A stretch of 64,000 nt of DNA from Squalus acanthias (taxonomy: Eukaryota): positions 146,570,001-146,634,000 of the forward strand of contig CM059432.1 in the NCBI GenBank assembly GCA_030390025.1, written 5' to 3'. Under the pieces are notes generated by a model. The model was not told the DNA's origin and searched no databases. It worked only from the letters and a program-made list of their open reading frames with translations. The stretch's first letter is position 1. Each line of letters starts with the position of its first letter. This document shows, in pieces, positions 63,053 through 64,000 of the stretch. Both the position numbers and the translations under genes were made by a program.

Positions 63053-63805
63053 CCTTGGCCCCCTCCTATTTCTCATCTACATGCTGCCCCTTGGCGACAT
63101 CATCTGAAAACACAGCGTCAGTTTCCACATGTACACTGACGACACCCAGCTCTACCTCACCACCACTTCTCTCGACCCCTCCACTGTCTCTAAATTGTCA
63201 GACTGCTTGTCCGACTTCCAGTTCTGGATGAGCAGAAATGTCCTCCAACTAAGTACTGGGAAGATCGAAGCCATTGTTTTCAGTCCCCACCACAAACTCC
63301 ATTCCCTAGCCATCGACTCCATCCCGCTCCCTAACATCTGAGGCTGAACCACACTGTTCGCAAACTTGGTGTCGTATTTGACCCTGAAATGAGCTTCTGA
63401 CCACATATCCATGCCATCACTAAGACCGCCTATTTCCACCTCCGTAACATCGCCCGACTCCGCCCCTGCCTCAGCTCATCTGTTGCTGAAACCCTCATCC
63501 ATGCCTTTGTTACCTCTAGACTTGACTATTCCAACGCACTCCTGGCTGGGCTCCCACATTCTACCCTACGTAAACTTGAGGTCATCCAAAACTCAGCTGC
63601 CCGTGTCCTAACTCGCACCAAGTCCCGTTCACCCATCACCCCTGTGCTCACTGACCTACATTGGCTCCCGGTTAAGCAACACCTCGATTTTAAAATTCTC
63701 ATCCTTGTTTTCAACTCCCTCCATGGCCTCGCCCCTCCCTGTCTCTGTAATCTCCTTCAGCTCCACAACCCTCCGAGATATCTGTGCTCCTCTAATTCTG
63801 CCCTC
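63052..63805 (+). mobile_element. L2 LINE RT fragment
   Basis: LGPLLFLIYMLPLG, MYTDDTQLY, LIHAFVTSRLDYSN, IQNSAAR, HITPVL..LHWLPV. Confidence 0.92.
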
Positions 63806-64000
63806 TAAATTGGGAGGCAGTGTGAACAATGAGGAGGATGCTAGGAGGCTACAGAGTGACTTGGACAGGTTGGGTGAATGGGCAAATGTATGGCAGATGA
63901 AGTACAATGTGGATAAATGTGAGGTTATCCACTTTGGTGGTAAAAATAGGGAGGCAGACTATTACCTGAATGGTGGCAGATTAGGGAAAGGGGAGGTGCA
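63806..64000 (+). mobile_element. Young CR1 RT fragment running off the window
   Basis: Nearly identical to 41948-42142. Confidence 0.93.

Overview
Eukaryotic, repeat-dense intronic or intergenic DNA, most likely from a cartilaginous fish (shark or ray). That call rests on HE1-like V-SINE, SacSINE1-like DeuSINE and HER1/CR1 LINE signatures recognised from memory, not from a search. No host protein-coding exon could be supported. Most of the window is nested transposable elements: many CR1 LINE fragments, a second CR1-group LINE, L2, RTE, a Neptune-type Penelope element (RT plus GIY-YIG) and pseudo-LTR pieces carrying minimal hammerhead ribozymes, and SINEs. There is also a rich PIF/Harbinger system: two decayed two-gene elements (HARBI1-like transposase plus a convergent, intron-containing Myb/SANT gene), three ~1.8-kb Myb-only derivatives and several MITE families with 3-bp TSDs. 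Three tandem arrays are present (perfect 36-bp x13, G-rich 19-bp x~89, degenerate 30-bp). Most notable: a reconstructable nested-insertion-plus-inversion at 60.8-62.9 kb, a Myb-only Harbinger family with an open frame in all three copies, hammerhead ribozymes (one split by a MITE at its predicted cleavage triplet), a covarying MITE hairpin and an intron-carrying MITE. Boundaries without a stated TSD are approximate.
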